Source: an uncultured virus (IMG/VR IMGVR_UViG_3300028887_000006) (lineage: Duplodnaviria; Heunggongvirae; Uroviricota; Caudoviricetes). Taken from it: DNA of 64,000 bases. Every line of letters starts with the position of its first letter. The stretch's first letter is position 1. This document shows positions 45,639 through 54,687 of the stretch, in pieces. The translations under genes were made by a program, and so were the position numbers. The stretch lies in the IMG/VR virus record IMGVR_UViG_3300028887_000006; one strand, 5' to 3'. The notes under the pieces are model-generated. The model had not been told where the DNA came from. It saw only the letters and a program-made list of their open reading frames with translations, and ran no database searches.

Positions 45639-46186
45639 TGAAAGCGTTTTCAATAAAAGATTTTGCTGGATATTATGTAACCGATACGGGAATAGTTTAT
45701 TCACGTAAATATAATAGCGTGAACAATCCAGAATGTAGAGTTAAAATATTAAAACCAGAAAAAATAAAAGGTGGTTATTTGCGTGTAACATTGTTTAAAA
45801 ACAATAAACCGCTTCATAAACAAATACATCGTCTGGTAGCAGAAGCTTTTATTCCAAACCCTAATAATAAACCGCAAGTTAATCATAAAAACGGAATAAA
45901 AACTGATAATAGGGTTGAAAATCTTGAATGGTGCAGCGCTTCTGAAAATATATTACACTCTTTTAGAGTTTTGGGTAGGAAAATTATTAGCCCAGCTTTA
46001 AATAAGTTTGGTAAAGATAACTGGAACTCTAAACCTGTTTTACAAATAAAAAACAGCACAATAATAACAGAATTTTATGGTGCATCAGAAGCATCTAAAA
46101 CTACAAAAATAAATCGTGGACACATCTGCGATTGTTGCCGTGGAGAAAGAAAATCCGCAGGCGGTTATCAATGGAAATATAAATAA
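45638..46186 (+). CDS. NUMOD4-HNH homing endonuclease
   Basis: GYYVTDTG.VYS, HRLVAEAFIPNP..KPQVNHKNGIKTDNRVENLEW, C-terminal AGGYQWKY. Confidence 0.93.
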   Translation: MKAFSIKDFAGYYVTDTGIVYSRKYNSVNNPECRVKILKPEKIKGGYLRVTLFKNNKPLHKQIHRLVAEAFIPNPNNKPQVNHKNGIKTDNRVENLEWCSASENILHSFRVLGRKIISPALNKFGKDNWNSKPVLQIKNSTIITEFYGASEASKTTKINRGHICDCCRGERKSAGGYQWKYK

Positions 46187-46198
46187 AGGAGCAACAAC

Positions 46199-46516
46199 AT
46201 GAAACAACAATATGAATTAGGACAAAAAGTATGGGCTTTTAAACAACAAGGAAGAGATTTAGTTAAATGGGCTGGCGTTATTCAATCAGCAGAAATTGAC
46301 GCTTCTGGCTTCATTTTCTATAAGGTAGCTGTAAAAGAAGCAGACAAGGTTAACTTCATCATGGCTAATCATGCCAGCATCGCACTTACAGAACAGGAAA
46401 TAGATGAAAAAATGGCGTTCTATCACGAATTCCAAGAACAACAAAAAAGATTATTTGAAGAAAAGATTGGCGCACCAGAATTTATTCCTGAATACATTGT
46501 GAACGCCTTAGCTTAA
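46199..46516 (+). CDS. Hypothetical protein
   Basis: SD aaggag. Confidence 0.65.
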   Translation: MKQQYELGQKVWAFKQQGRDLVKWAGVIQSAEIDASGFIFYKVAVKEADKVNFIMANHASIALTEQEIDEKMAFYHEFQEQQKRLFEEKIGAPEFIPEYIVNALA

Positions 46517-46526
46517 GGAGTAGCAC

Positions 46527-47285
46527 ATGGCATTAAATTGGTATTTACAAATCAGAAATTTAGCAAAGACCGATGCAAAAGCAGCGGAATTATTAGAACA
46601 ACTTAAAACAGCGGAGTCCGAAGATGAAAAAGAATCAGCAAAACAAAACGCACAAGCATATCTGCAAAGTTTGCAAGACAATAGCAGTGAAGATACCACT
46701 GTACCTGAAACCAATACTGTGGTTACAGAAGAAATCGGAACAGATAATAGCGAACTTTGTGATGAAACATGCAGTAGCGGAGATTCAGAAGATAGAAGCT
46801 CAAGTGAAAGCGAAAGCACACAAGAAAAAAGCCAAGAAGAAATAAAAACAGACCTTTCTCAACCTGCTTTTACACCACGCTTAGCTAAGTTTGGTATTAC
46901 TAGAGAAGAAGAACTTTTCTTAAAAGGCGTTTTTGTGCGCAAAATGACACGTGAAGAGAAGATTCTTATGCGCAGAAGCATCTACCAAAAGAAAACACTA
47001 GGAAACGCCAAAATACAAGCAGAATTTAAGGCAAAGCGCATTGCTCAAAAACAGAAAGACATGAACGACCCAGAAAAACAAAAATTCCATCAGGAACGCA
47101 AATATGTCGCTGCGATTGTCAATGCATTAGAACAACACAAAAACCTTGGTTGGATATTCTCACAAATAGAAGGTTTAACACCTGATATTTTCAGAGAACT
47201 GATAAAGAAACCAGGCAATGTTAATGCTTTCAGACAAGCCAATCGTGCTTTCCTTGATAACTTCAAAAAAAAGTATGGCGAATAA
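46527..47285 (+). CDS. Hypothetical protein (acidic linker, basic C-terminus)
   Basis: SD aaggag. Confidence 0.65.
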   Translation: MALNWYLQIRNLAKTDAKAAELLEQLKTAESEDEKESAKQNAQAYLQSLQDNSSEDTTVPETNTVVTEEIGTDNSELCDETCSSGDSEDRSSSESESTQEKSQEEIKTDLSQPAFTPRLAKFGITREEELFLKGVFVRKMTREEKILMRRSIYQKKTLGNAKIQAEFKAKRIAQKQKDMNDPEKQKFHQERKYVAAIVNALEQHKNLGWIFSQIEGLTPDIFRELIKKPGNVNAFRQANRAFLDNFKKKYGE

Positions 47286-47288
47286 ACA

Positions 47289-47317
47289 ACCCCCATTAGT
47301 TTGGGGGTATTTTTTTT
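47289..47317 (+). terminator. Intrinsic terminator
   Basis: ACCCCCA/TGGGGGT followed by a T-tract. Confidence 0.8.
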
Positions 47318-47376
47318 ATTGCTTTTAATTTTTTTTCTTGAAACTATTAAATTGCAGTAGATAAAAGGAGAACTAT

Positions 47377-47715
47377 ATGCCAACTATTAAATATTCTAAT
47401 AATCCTAATTCAGACACCGCTTTTGTTATTCAAGATGGCGGACAAAAGAATCGTACAGTTTTAACAGCAGAACCAGCAGGAACATTACAACTATCTGATA
47501 GTGCAAATGTTAGCACCGGTTATGTTACAGACGAAGACGGTAAAAAGCACAAGGTAAACCTTGTTGCACAATTAGAAGGCGATATAGAATTCTCGGAAAA
47601 CCCAAACTCAACAAAAGGGTATGTAACTGTAGATAATAAAAAACATCGTGTTGTTTTAACGGCTTCTTTGCATGGTGGCGGTGGCTCTCCAGTAATCGAC
47701 ACTGCAACTCATTAA
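47377..47715 (+). CDS. Protein with three repeats of about 35 aa
   Basis: TAFVIQDGGQKNRTVLTA / TGYVTDEDGKKHKVNLVA / KGYVTVDNKKHRVVLTA. Confidence 0.7.
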   Translation: MPTIKYSNNPNSDTAFVIQDGGQKNRTVLTAEPAGTLQLSDSANVSTGYVTDEDGKKHKVNLVAQLEGDIEFSENPNSTKGYVTVDNKKHRVVLTASLHGGGGSPVIDTATH

Positions 47716-47725
47716 GGAGCAAACC

Positions 47726-47956
47726 ATGACAAAGAAAAAAGCACAAAACATTTGGAATAGTTTGTGGGAAGAATATAAAAAAGAGTGGAAAGCTCTGTGG
47801 TGTGAATACAAATCGCTGATTATTCCGTTTGTTGAAGGAACGGCTAAATATATTTGGCAACTCGTTTATGGCTTGATTAAACTTGTCATTACTGGTTTGT
47901 ATGAAAGCGGAAAGGCCTTATTAAATAAATTGATAGACATAATTAAAAAGGCCTAA
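47726..47956 (+). CDS. Amphipathic helical protein (lysis region)
   Basis: SD aaggag. Confidence 0.6.
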   Translation: MTKKKAQNIWNSLWEEYKKEWKALWCEYKSLIIPFVEGTAKYIWQLVYGLIKLVITGLYESGKALLNKLIDIIKKA

Positions 47957-47958
47957 AA

Positions 47959-48405
47959 ATGTATAGAGTAACCTGGACTTCTAGCAAAGCACTTTACGCA
48001 ATCGGTGGTGCTATTTTCTCTTTTACGCAAAATATTCACTCTGCTATGGTCGGGTTACTTATCTGCATGGCTCTTGATACTCTATCAGGTCTTGTCGCTG
48101 CCCCTTATCGTGGGCAAAGACGAGAAAGCACAAAATTATCTCGACTAGTATTGAAAACAATAACATACTTCACAGCAGCAATAGCATTACATGTTGCCGA
48201 AAATATGGTTTTACCAACTTATATCGCAGGAACATTGGAATTATCAAGAATGGCGTTCTCTGTGTTCTGCATACTTGAAATTTATAGTATATTAGAAAAC
48301 ATGCGTGATATAACAGGTTTAAGGGCATTTGACATACTGACATTAAACTTTAAGAAAAAAGTAGAAGAGTCTGTAGGTATTGAAGTTCCAAAACAAAAGG
48401 AATAA
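47959..48405 (+). CDS. Holin (phage holin 4-like)
   Basis: LDTLSGLVAA, S.KL....K, E..SILENM; three TM helices. Confidence 0.8.
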   Translation: MYRVTWTSSKALYAIGGAIFSFTQNIHSAMVGLLICMALDTLSGLVAAPYRGQRRESTKLSRLVLKTITYFTAAIALHVAENMVLPTYIAGTLELSRMAFSVFCILEIYSILENMRDITGLRAFDILTLNFKKKVEESVGIEVPKQKE

Positions 48406-48407
48406 AG

Positions 48408-48668
48408 ATGAAAGCAAGACGGTGGAAAAAGTTATACGGTGCAACTGTGAGTTTTACATGCCCATATTGCCTGAAACAATTTCCACTGTCTGAAGCAACC
48501 AAAGACCATATTACCCCAAAATCACGTGGGGGAAAAACAGAACCAGCCAACATTGTGCTAGCCTGCAAACCATGCAACAATGAAAAAGGCGCATTAGATG
48601 CAGCAGAATACGCAGAATGGAAAAGATTGGAATTCATAAGAACAGGTAGAACAAACCAAAGGAACTAA
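48408..48668 (+). CDS. Small HNH endonuclease
   Basis: CPYC, DHITPKSRGG, NIVLACKPCNNEKG. Confidence 0.88.
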   Translation: MKARRWKKLYGATVSFTCPYCLKQFPLSEATKDHITPKSRGGKTEPANIVLACKPCNNEKGALDAAEYAEWKRLEFIRTGRTNQRN

Positions 48669-48670
48669 AC

Positions 48671-48832
48671 ATGAAAGCACACAAAGGAATGGGATTCAAA
48701 GCAGCACAGAAACAAATCGCAAGAAAAGAAGGCGTTAGCATGAAACAGGCTGGTGCTATTCTTGCAAGCTCAACACGTAAGGCCAGTCCTGCAGCCAAGC
48801 GTGCCAATCCAAACCTAAGAAAAGTGAAATAA
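48671..48832 (+). CDS. 53-aa highly basic protein (MKAHKGMGFKAAQKQIARKEGVS...NPNLRKVK)
   Basis: Translated by hand; SD aagga. Confidence 0.7.
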   Translation: MKAHKGMGFKAAQKQIARKEGVSMKQAGAILASSTRKASPAAKRANPNLRKVK

Positions 48833-48843
48833 AGGAGTTAATC

Positions 48844-48882
48844 ATGCCCTGTGGGAAAAAGCGCAAAGGCGGGAAAAAATAA
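48844..48882 (+). CDS. 12-aa basic micropeptide MPCGKKRKGGKK
   Basis: SD AAGGAG; homologue of 4541..4570. Confidence 0.7.
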   Translation: MPCGKKRKGGKK

Positions 48883-48885
48883 GCC

Positions 48886-48914
48886 TTGACATTTTATTGG
48901 TTTCGCACTATATT
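48886..48914 (+). promoter_or_regulatory. Promoter TTGACA-17-TATATT
   Basis: Sequence. Confidence 0.6.
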
Positions 48915-48943
48915 ATAAGCCTAACCAGTATTACTTAAAACCT

Positions 48944-48975
48944 AAACACCCTGGCGATTGTTGGGGTGTTTTTTT
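48944..48975 (+). terminator. Intrinsic terminator
   Basis: AAACACCCUGGC/GUUGGGGUGUUU followed by a U-tract. Confidence 0.8.
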
Positions 48976-49071
48976 ATTGACTTGCTAAAACAATCGTGTA
49001 ATTATTAAAGCACGCAAGAGCAATCAAGCGTGTTTCTTCATAAGCATCAACTCTTATGTATAATGTTGAAC

Positions 49072-49098
49072 AATCCCCCTACTTTTGTAGAGGGATTT
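49072..49098. terminator. Terminator hairpin at the strand convergence
   Basis: aatccc-c-ctac/gtag-a-gggatt. Confidence 0.65.
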
Positions 49099-49483
49099 AT
49101 GATTCTATGAATTTTATATCAGGGTATTTAAATTGAAAAAGCTTTTTCTTTATCATATAAACTTGAGTGCGTGTTGCAGGGCTTTTAACATCTTCTACCA
49201 CTTTCTGCCCATCTTGTTCGTAATAATAGTCTGCTAAATATGAAATAGGGCGTATTTTCTTGCCTTCGTTGTTAACAAAGCCATCCTGCAAGACAAACTG
49301 TTTCTGTCTTTCAAGGTTCTTTATCTTGCCTGCTCTTTCGAGATATTGTAGCTCTATAGCTCGTTTGCTTTCTTTTTTGCTATCATAGACCACTCCATCA
49401 ACAATCGTTTTTTGCGCATGGAATTTATTCGGTTTTTTAACCATATCTCTAAAAGCCTGTGCAGATGCGCTCATAAATTGCAT
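49097..49483 (-). CDS. DUF1064 PD-(D/E)xK endonuclease
   Basis: NKFHAQKTIVDG..YDSKKE, YLADYYY, VVEDVKS. Confidence 0.9.
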   Translation of the reverse strand: MQFMSASAQAFRDMVKKPNKFHAQKTIVDGVVYDSKKESKRAIELQYLERAGKIKNLERQKQFVLQDGFVNNEGKKIRPISYLADYYYEQDGQKVVEDVKSPATRTQVYMIKKKLFQFKYPDIKFIES

Positions 49484-49491
49484 TGTGTTTT

Positions 49492-50073
49492 TTATGGGTT
49501 AAATATTCGTGTCATTGATTTTGGGATATATGTTTGGTTTGGGTTTATTTTATAAAAAGCATCGTAAACAGAATATCCATATTTTTTTATTCTATTTCTT
49601 GCTCTTTCTACATCTCTTTCGCACCAACCTTCTTTTTCAGCAATTTGACCCAATGTTAGTTTTTCCCCATTCCAATCATAACGAACTACGCATCTGCGGT
49701 TTCTATTGTTTTCTGCTCGGGGAACCCATCTGCAATTATCTGGCGAATATCCTTTTGTGTTATCTATCCTGTCAATCGTTAAATTGGGTTGCCATCCGTT
49801 TTCTGTTGCCCATTTATAAAATACTAACCAATCATTCCATTCTTGTGCTACAGTTAAGCATGAATATATCTTTGCGTGTCTATCTAATATGTCTTTTTTA
49901 AAACGGTTTCCGCCTGCTCTTCTTCTTATTCCAATCCATGTTTGATATAATCTCTTTTCATCTAGATGTTCTTTAAACCATTTAGTTCTTCCGTCTTTGT
50001 ATTGCGAGTTTTTATTGCCTAAATGAAGTTCTTTTAATTTATCTTTTGTTTCTTGTGTGTGATTAAATGTCAT
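49492..50073 (-). CDS. HNH-like homing endonuclease
   Basis: NUMOD3-like HTQETKDKL, RLYQTW, EW.DW..FYKWA..NG, LTIDRIDN.KGYSPDNCRW. Confidence 0.88.
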   Translation of the reverse strand: MTFNHTQETKDKLKELHLGNKNSQYKDGRTKWFKEHLDEKRLYQTWIGIRRRAGGNRFKKDILDRHAKIYSCLTVAQEWNDWLVFYKWATENGWQPNLTIDRIDNTKGYSPDNCRWVPRAENNRNRRCVVRYDWNGEKLTLGQIAEKEGWCERDVERARNRIKKYGYSVYDAFYKINPNQTYIPKSMTRIFNP

Positions 50074-50119
50074 AATATACTTCCTTTACCTTTGTCATTA
50101 CAACAATTTAATGTGTTTT

Positions 50120-50527
50120 TCAAGGAATAAAAATTCGTCTTCCACTTTTGGGCATTAACGTAGATAAATGCACCCAATTCCCGTTTTTTCCATAAGTATA
50201 TTCTGGGTTTTCCATCCACAAACCATGCACTTCCAGTTTGCGTGTATTGTTTTTAAGCCATTTTGCCAGTTCGCCCGTTGGGTCTGCTATATCCACAGCA
50301 CACCCGTATAGATGGCTACTTCCCATTGCTTTTGGGTTGATTCTTTGTTGGTCTTTTATTGATCGCAGGCATGATGTTGCTCTCATTGGTGGGTTGTATC
50401 CTAGAGAATTGATTTTCAGTATTAAATCTTCCAGGTTTCTTTTGGTTACTGGGTCTATCTCTGATTCTTTCCACTTGTGTTGACCTGCATTCAGCAGTTC
50501 CGAAAGAGAGAATTTCACTTTATCCAC
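50120..50527 (-). CDS. Endolysin, peptidase M15 family
   Basis: TSCLRS, SSHLYGCAVDI, WVHL. Confidence 0.88.
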   Translation of the reverse strand: MDKVKFSLSELLNAGQHKWKESEIDPVTKRNLEDLILKINSLGYNPPMRATSCLRSIKDQQRINPKAMGSSHLYGCAVDIADPTGELAKWLKNNTRKLEVHGLWMENPEYTYGKNGNWVHLSTLMPKSGRRIFIP

Positions 50528-50805
50528 CTTTGTTTCGCTAAGAACACGATAATCATACCAATAATTATCACAATCAGTGTATTATTGCGTTCCTTATATG
50601 TTTGCAGTCTTTCTTCGCATGAAGCATATTGGCTTTTTATGCTTGATTGGAGAGCAATAATATCTCTGTCTATTTTGGCCTGCGGACACTCTTTTTTTAT
50701 TTTGGCTTCAACTGCACTAACTTGATTTAATGCTGTTTCTGTGGCTAATTCTGGTGCTGTTTTAGCGCATCCAATCAGAGCCAGTGCAATCAATAGTTTT
50801 TTCAT
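50515..50805 (-). CDS. Putative spanin-like lipoprotein
   Basis: LALIGC lipobox, coiled coil, C-terminal TM; adjacent to the endolysin. Confidence 0.6.
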   Translation of the reverse strand: MKKLLIALALIGCAKTAPELATETALNQVSAVEAKIKKECPQAKIDRDIIALQSSIKSQYASCEERLQTYKERNNTLIVIIIGMIIVFLAKQRWIK

Positions 50806-50814
50806 GTTATTCCT

Positions 50815-52824
50815 TTATGCTGCCATACCACTTACTTGCCAAGAACATCTGCAAGGCTGAACAGAGTGGTCGTGTCCACGAGTTTCTACAGTTGCTTGTG
50901 TTGTCGTATCAGGTGCGCCAGACCCAAAAAGGCTTTTGTCTGTTGATGTTACTTGCACAAAATAGTGGGTGTCTGCCATTGTTACTGGCAAAGATACGGA
51001 CACGCTACCCGATGTTGCCCCTGTTTGAACGCCACCTTGCTCAACCCAGCCACTTTTATATTTGCGATACCACGTATAGTTGTTTTGTGCTGTTGGCAAC
51101 AGGCTTTCGACAACATAATCTGCACCATTTATTGCTGATGTGTTTGCCGCTACTTGTGCTGTTATCGCTGTACATGTAGCAACAGCTTCATCGGTTGCGC
51201 TTATAACAAGCTGCACCATAGGGCGATAACGTACAGATTCAGGTTGAACCGTTGTGCTATTGCCGTAGATTGAATTAGAAGCACTTGCTAATGTGGAATT
51301 TAACCCATAGCCTTGTATAGTAGAATATCTTTCTGATGTGGCAGGGTGCGGATTCATTGTTCCCTCAGCGTGCGCATTGTCTGTGTCATTTTTCCCGTAT
51401 GGTGCTTGATGCGTATGGTCTGGCAATCCTGCAGGCAAATAGTCGCCAATTTCTGCTGCTTTTCCTGTTTCTACGAATACATCATTAAGGCTTGGCACTC
51501 TGAATGTTGTGTTTCCTGTGCCATCCCAACCAAATACACCAACGCTTCCTTGTGTTGATAGTAATGTTGCGTATGTTGATAATGATACGTATGGAACTTT
51601 ACCATCTTCTAATAGGTCGCCTATGCTCTGTGCGCCTACAAAATCTGTTATGTTATAAGTTGCGCCATTACAATCTACTGCGCCATTAAGACCACTATCT
51701 TTGCGCATTGTGAAGAATATATCTCCAACATTGCGCCCTGTTCCGCTGTTCGTAACCAAATCATCAACATATTGCTTGTTTGGAATACTATTTGGTGTTG
51801 GTGTTGCAGGCATTACTACAGTTGAGTTTCCAGTAATATTTATGCTTTCAAACGATACAATTCTTGGGTATGGTGTAAATGTCTTGCTGTTATAAGACCA
51901 TAACACTAAACCGCCCTGCTGACCGCTTTGTTCTGAAATATCCCATATTTTGCTTGTTACTGTAATGTAGCCATTGTGATTTGCAGGTGGCGTGATTGTT
52001 TCTGTTAGTGTCCATGCACCGCTAGCACCTGTATATATTTTGATTACAGGGTTGTTGTCGCTATCAACCTGTGAGAAGTCAGCATAGTTTCTGCCATCAT
52101 ATTCTGCGCCTGTTGGAACTACGGTTGCGCTATACATTTTCGCATACCAAACGCCTGTGCTGTATAATTGTTCCCCTGAATTTGCAGCATCGTCAACCTG
52201 TGATTTCAATGCCAATGTATCTGCGCTATTTGTTACTGGAACAGCAATGTCATATCCATTATTGATTGTTGCTGTTATAACACGTGCTATGCGTGCATCT
52301 TTCCATTTCTTTGACGATGTTCCAAGGTCATATTTGTTGTCTGTTGCTGGTGTAAGCCCATCTTCGTATTCCAGGCTTGCCATCAGTGTTACAGAGTTAT
52401 TATTGTTCAGTTTGAAGAATCCAACTCCATCCCAATATGGTGCAACAGCGCATTTGAAATCGTCTGTGGCACGCATTAACAATGGGCCGGTCATTACAGA
52501 TGTGCCGTCTTTTTTAACAAAAGTTTCTTCAATATATTGTTCAATATCGCCTTCCCATTTGCTTTTGATAACAGAAGTGCTGACATTTTCCAGCGTTCTT
52601 CCTGTTACGCACAGCAGGTTGCGTTCTACTTTTGTAGCATCTGCGCTATCTACCTTTTCATGAACTATCAGGTCATGCAGGTTAATGTCGATAATTCTAT
52701 CGTTGAAATAACCACTAGTTAAAACAGTTGCTAGGCTATCAGTTGTGCGATATACAAACACGCCAACCTTAACTTGATTGCGGTTATTTGATGCTATGTG
52801 GCAGAAATTCTGGCTCTTGAACAT
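50815..52824 (-). CDS. Tail fibre protein with collar domain
   Basis: VGDIFFT...CNG...TTFRVPSL, AGLPDH, WYRKYKSGWVEQGG. Confidence 0.85.
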   Translation of the reverse strand: MFKSQNFCHIASNNRNQVKVGVFVYRTTDSLATVLTSGYFNDRIIDINLHDLIVHEKVDSADATKVERNLLCVTGRTLENVSTSVIKSKWEGDIEQYIEETFVKKDGTSVMTGPLLMRATDDFKCAVAPYWDGVGFFKLNNNNSVTLMASLEYEDGLTPATDNKYDLGTSSKKWKDARIARVITATINNGYDIAVPVTNSADTLALKSQVDDAANSGEQLYSTGVWYAKMYSATVVPTGAEYDGRNYADFSQVDSDNNPVIKIYTGASGAWTLTETITPPANHNGYITVTSKIWDISEQSGQQGGLVLWSYNSKTFTPYPRIVSFESINITGNSTVVMPATPTPNSIPNKQYVDDLVTNSGTGRNVGDIFFTMRKDSGLNGAVDCNGATYNITDFVGAQSIGDLLEDGKVPYVSLSTYATLLSTQGSVGVFGWDGTGNTTFRVPSLNDVFVETGKAAEIGDYLPAGLPDHTHQAPYGKNDTDNAHAEGTMNPHPATSERYSTIQGYGLNSTLASASNSIYGNSTTVQPESVRYRPMVQLVISATDEAVATCTAITAQVAANTSAINGADYVVESLLPTAQNNYTWYRKYKSGWVEQGGVQTGATSGSVSVSLPVTMADTHYFVQVTSTDKSLFGSGAPDTTTQATVETRGHDHSVQPCRCSWQVSGMAA

Positions 52825-52847
52825 TTTATATCCTTTTCTTCGTTGTT

Positions 52848-52877
52848 ATAATAACACGACCTTTATTTTGTTTTCAA
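52848..52877 (-). promoter_or_regulatory. Candidate promoter TTGAAA-18-TGnTATTAT
   Basis: Sequence upstream of the tail fibre. Confidence 0.45.
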
Positions 52878-54686
52878 TCACTTTTTTTCATAAGTATTGG
52901 CACCAACTCCAATAAAGTCAGCAACAATACCAATAGTCATACCCCAGTAACCTGTGTCCATTTCTTCTTTCGGTGTGGTAACTGCTTCAACCAATCCACC
53001 GGTCAAAGAAATAGGCAATAACCATTCAGCAAGGTTCTCTCTCCAATCTGCACCTGTTTCCCATTTCAACGGTTTGCCACGATAATCTACAAATTCCCCA
53101 CCTGTGCGTAATGCATGTTGAAGATTTGCAGCAAACTGTATGCCCGGGGAAGATTTGCCAGATAAGAAATAGAATAACGTATCAGCGGTTTTCATTGGTC
53201 TTGTACGACCTTGTGCTGATGTGCTTTCTTGTGTCCATAATCTTGCACCAAGCGTAATCAAACTTGCTGTGCCTGCGGTTAAATCGAACCTTGTGCGACC
53301 AATAATAACCTTTCCAAAATCACTACTGCGTGGGTCTAATGCTGTGCCAATGTCTGTATCTTCTTCCACTTCATCGCCCCACAGATATTTACGACCTGCC
53401 GCAATCAACGCTATCAAAAGCACATTGAATACTGCTGCTCTTGCTCTCAACCCTTGTGGTGTCAGCACTGTTTTACCGTCAACTGTTATCTTATTACCAG
53501 ATGCAAACACCAATCTTGTGTCAAGCAATAATTGAACACGAGATGCAAGCCATTTAGGTGCAAAGAAAAGGTTGTTAATGATTCTTTGTGTTTCTGGGTC
53601 TTTTACACTCCAACCACGACCTGTTAATTGGTTAATAACCCTTCCAACCTGTTGGTCTTTTAATAATTTAATATCGCCATTGGTCGCTTCCCACATAGAA
53701 TCAAACATATCAGCACGAGCTGTCTGTAATGCAACATTGAATGCTTCTTCTGACCGTCTGAACAGGTTTAAATCTGTTTCGCCAATCGCTTGTGAAACCC
53801 AAGATTCAGGAAAAGCTTCTTCTTTTATACCAACTTCAACACCGAATTGGGAATATTTACCAGACAATGCGTTTGGTCGTGTCAATATTTCTGCCATCAG
53901 TGTATCTGCCCAACCAATTTTCTTTCCAAAGAACACTTGATAACCAGATTTCATAGCATCATAAAATGATTTTGTCTGTCCTGCCAGTGCTGTTGTCTGT
54001 AATTGGCGTAAGAACGACACGTCAAAAGATGCCTTGATTGACTTTAAATTACCTGCAACTTCCAATACACGTTCAAACACCTTCCCTTTCAGATTCTTGT
54101 TAGCATAATCAAGCATGCGTGCTTTCAGGGCAATCGTTTCGTATTCCTTTTGGAATTCTACCATTTTTTCGCCCAACGCCATACGTGCTTGTTTTACATT
54201 TTCTGGTAAATCGTTTAATTCAGAGTATTTACGATTGAAATATTCTGGGTCTAACGATAATAGGTTCTTCTTCAACTGGTTTATTGTGTTCGATAAATCA
54301 TATAACTTTTTCGCATCTTCACGGCTTGTTTCAAACCCCAATGCTTGTTTTGCCAAACCATCGGCATAGAACCCCTTCGGGTTGAATACTTCTTTCTTGT
54401 TCATAACACGGTCAAGAACAGCGGTTTTGTTGCTGATTTTAACCCCTTTCTTTTCCAGTTTCTGCATCCATTCCTTAACAGCAGCCGTCTGATTGTTTTT
54501 CAATATACGTCTTTCAACTTCACGATTTAACCATTCTGCTGTACTGGTTGACCCCGGTGTATCAACATACTGCGCAAAGAAATTAACCCTTTCTTGTGCT
54601 GTTTTACCACGCAGACCAGCAAAACCACCTTGTGATTGTATTGCTCTACGTAAATCTTTAATGTTTTCAGGAAGTATGCAGCTCAT
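52878..54686 (-). CDS. Internal virion/ejection protein
   Basis: Helical; DPRSSDFGK motif; position. Confidence 0.6.
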   Translation of the reverse strand: MSCILPENIKDLRRAIQSQGGFAGLRGKTAQERVNFFAQYVDTPGSTSTAEWLNREVERRILKNNQTAAVKEWMQKLEKKGVKISNKTAVLDRVMNKKEVFNPKGFYADGLAKQALGFETSREDAKKLYDLSNTINQLKKNLLSLDPEYFNRKYSELNDLPENVKQARMALGEKMVEFQKEYETIALKARMLDYANKNLKGKVFERVLEVAGNLKSIKASFDVSFLRQLQTTALAGQTKSFYDAMKSGYQVFFGKKIGWADTLMAEILTRPNALSGKYSQFGVEVGIKEEAFPESWVSQAIGETDLNLFRRSEEAFNVALQTARADMFDSMWEATNGDIKLLKDQQVGRVINQLTGRGWSVKDPETQRIINNLFFAPKWLASRVQLLLDTRLVFASGNKITVDGKTVLTPQGLRARAAVFNVLLIALIAAGRKYLWGDEVEEDTDIGTALDPRSSDFGKVIIGRTRFDLTAGTASLITLGARLWTQESTSAQGRTRPMKTADTLFYFLSGKSSPGIQFAANLQHALRTGGEFVDYRGKPLKWETGADWRENLAEWLLPISLTGGLVEAVTTPKEEMDTGYWGMTIGIVADFIGVGANTYEKK

Positions 54687-54687
54687 A

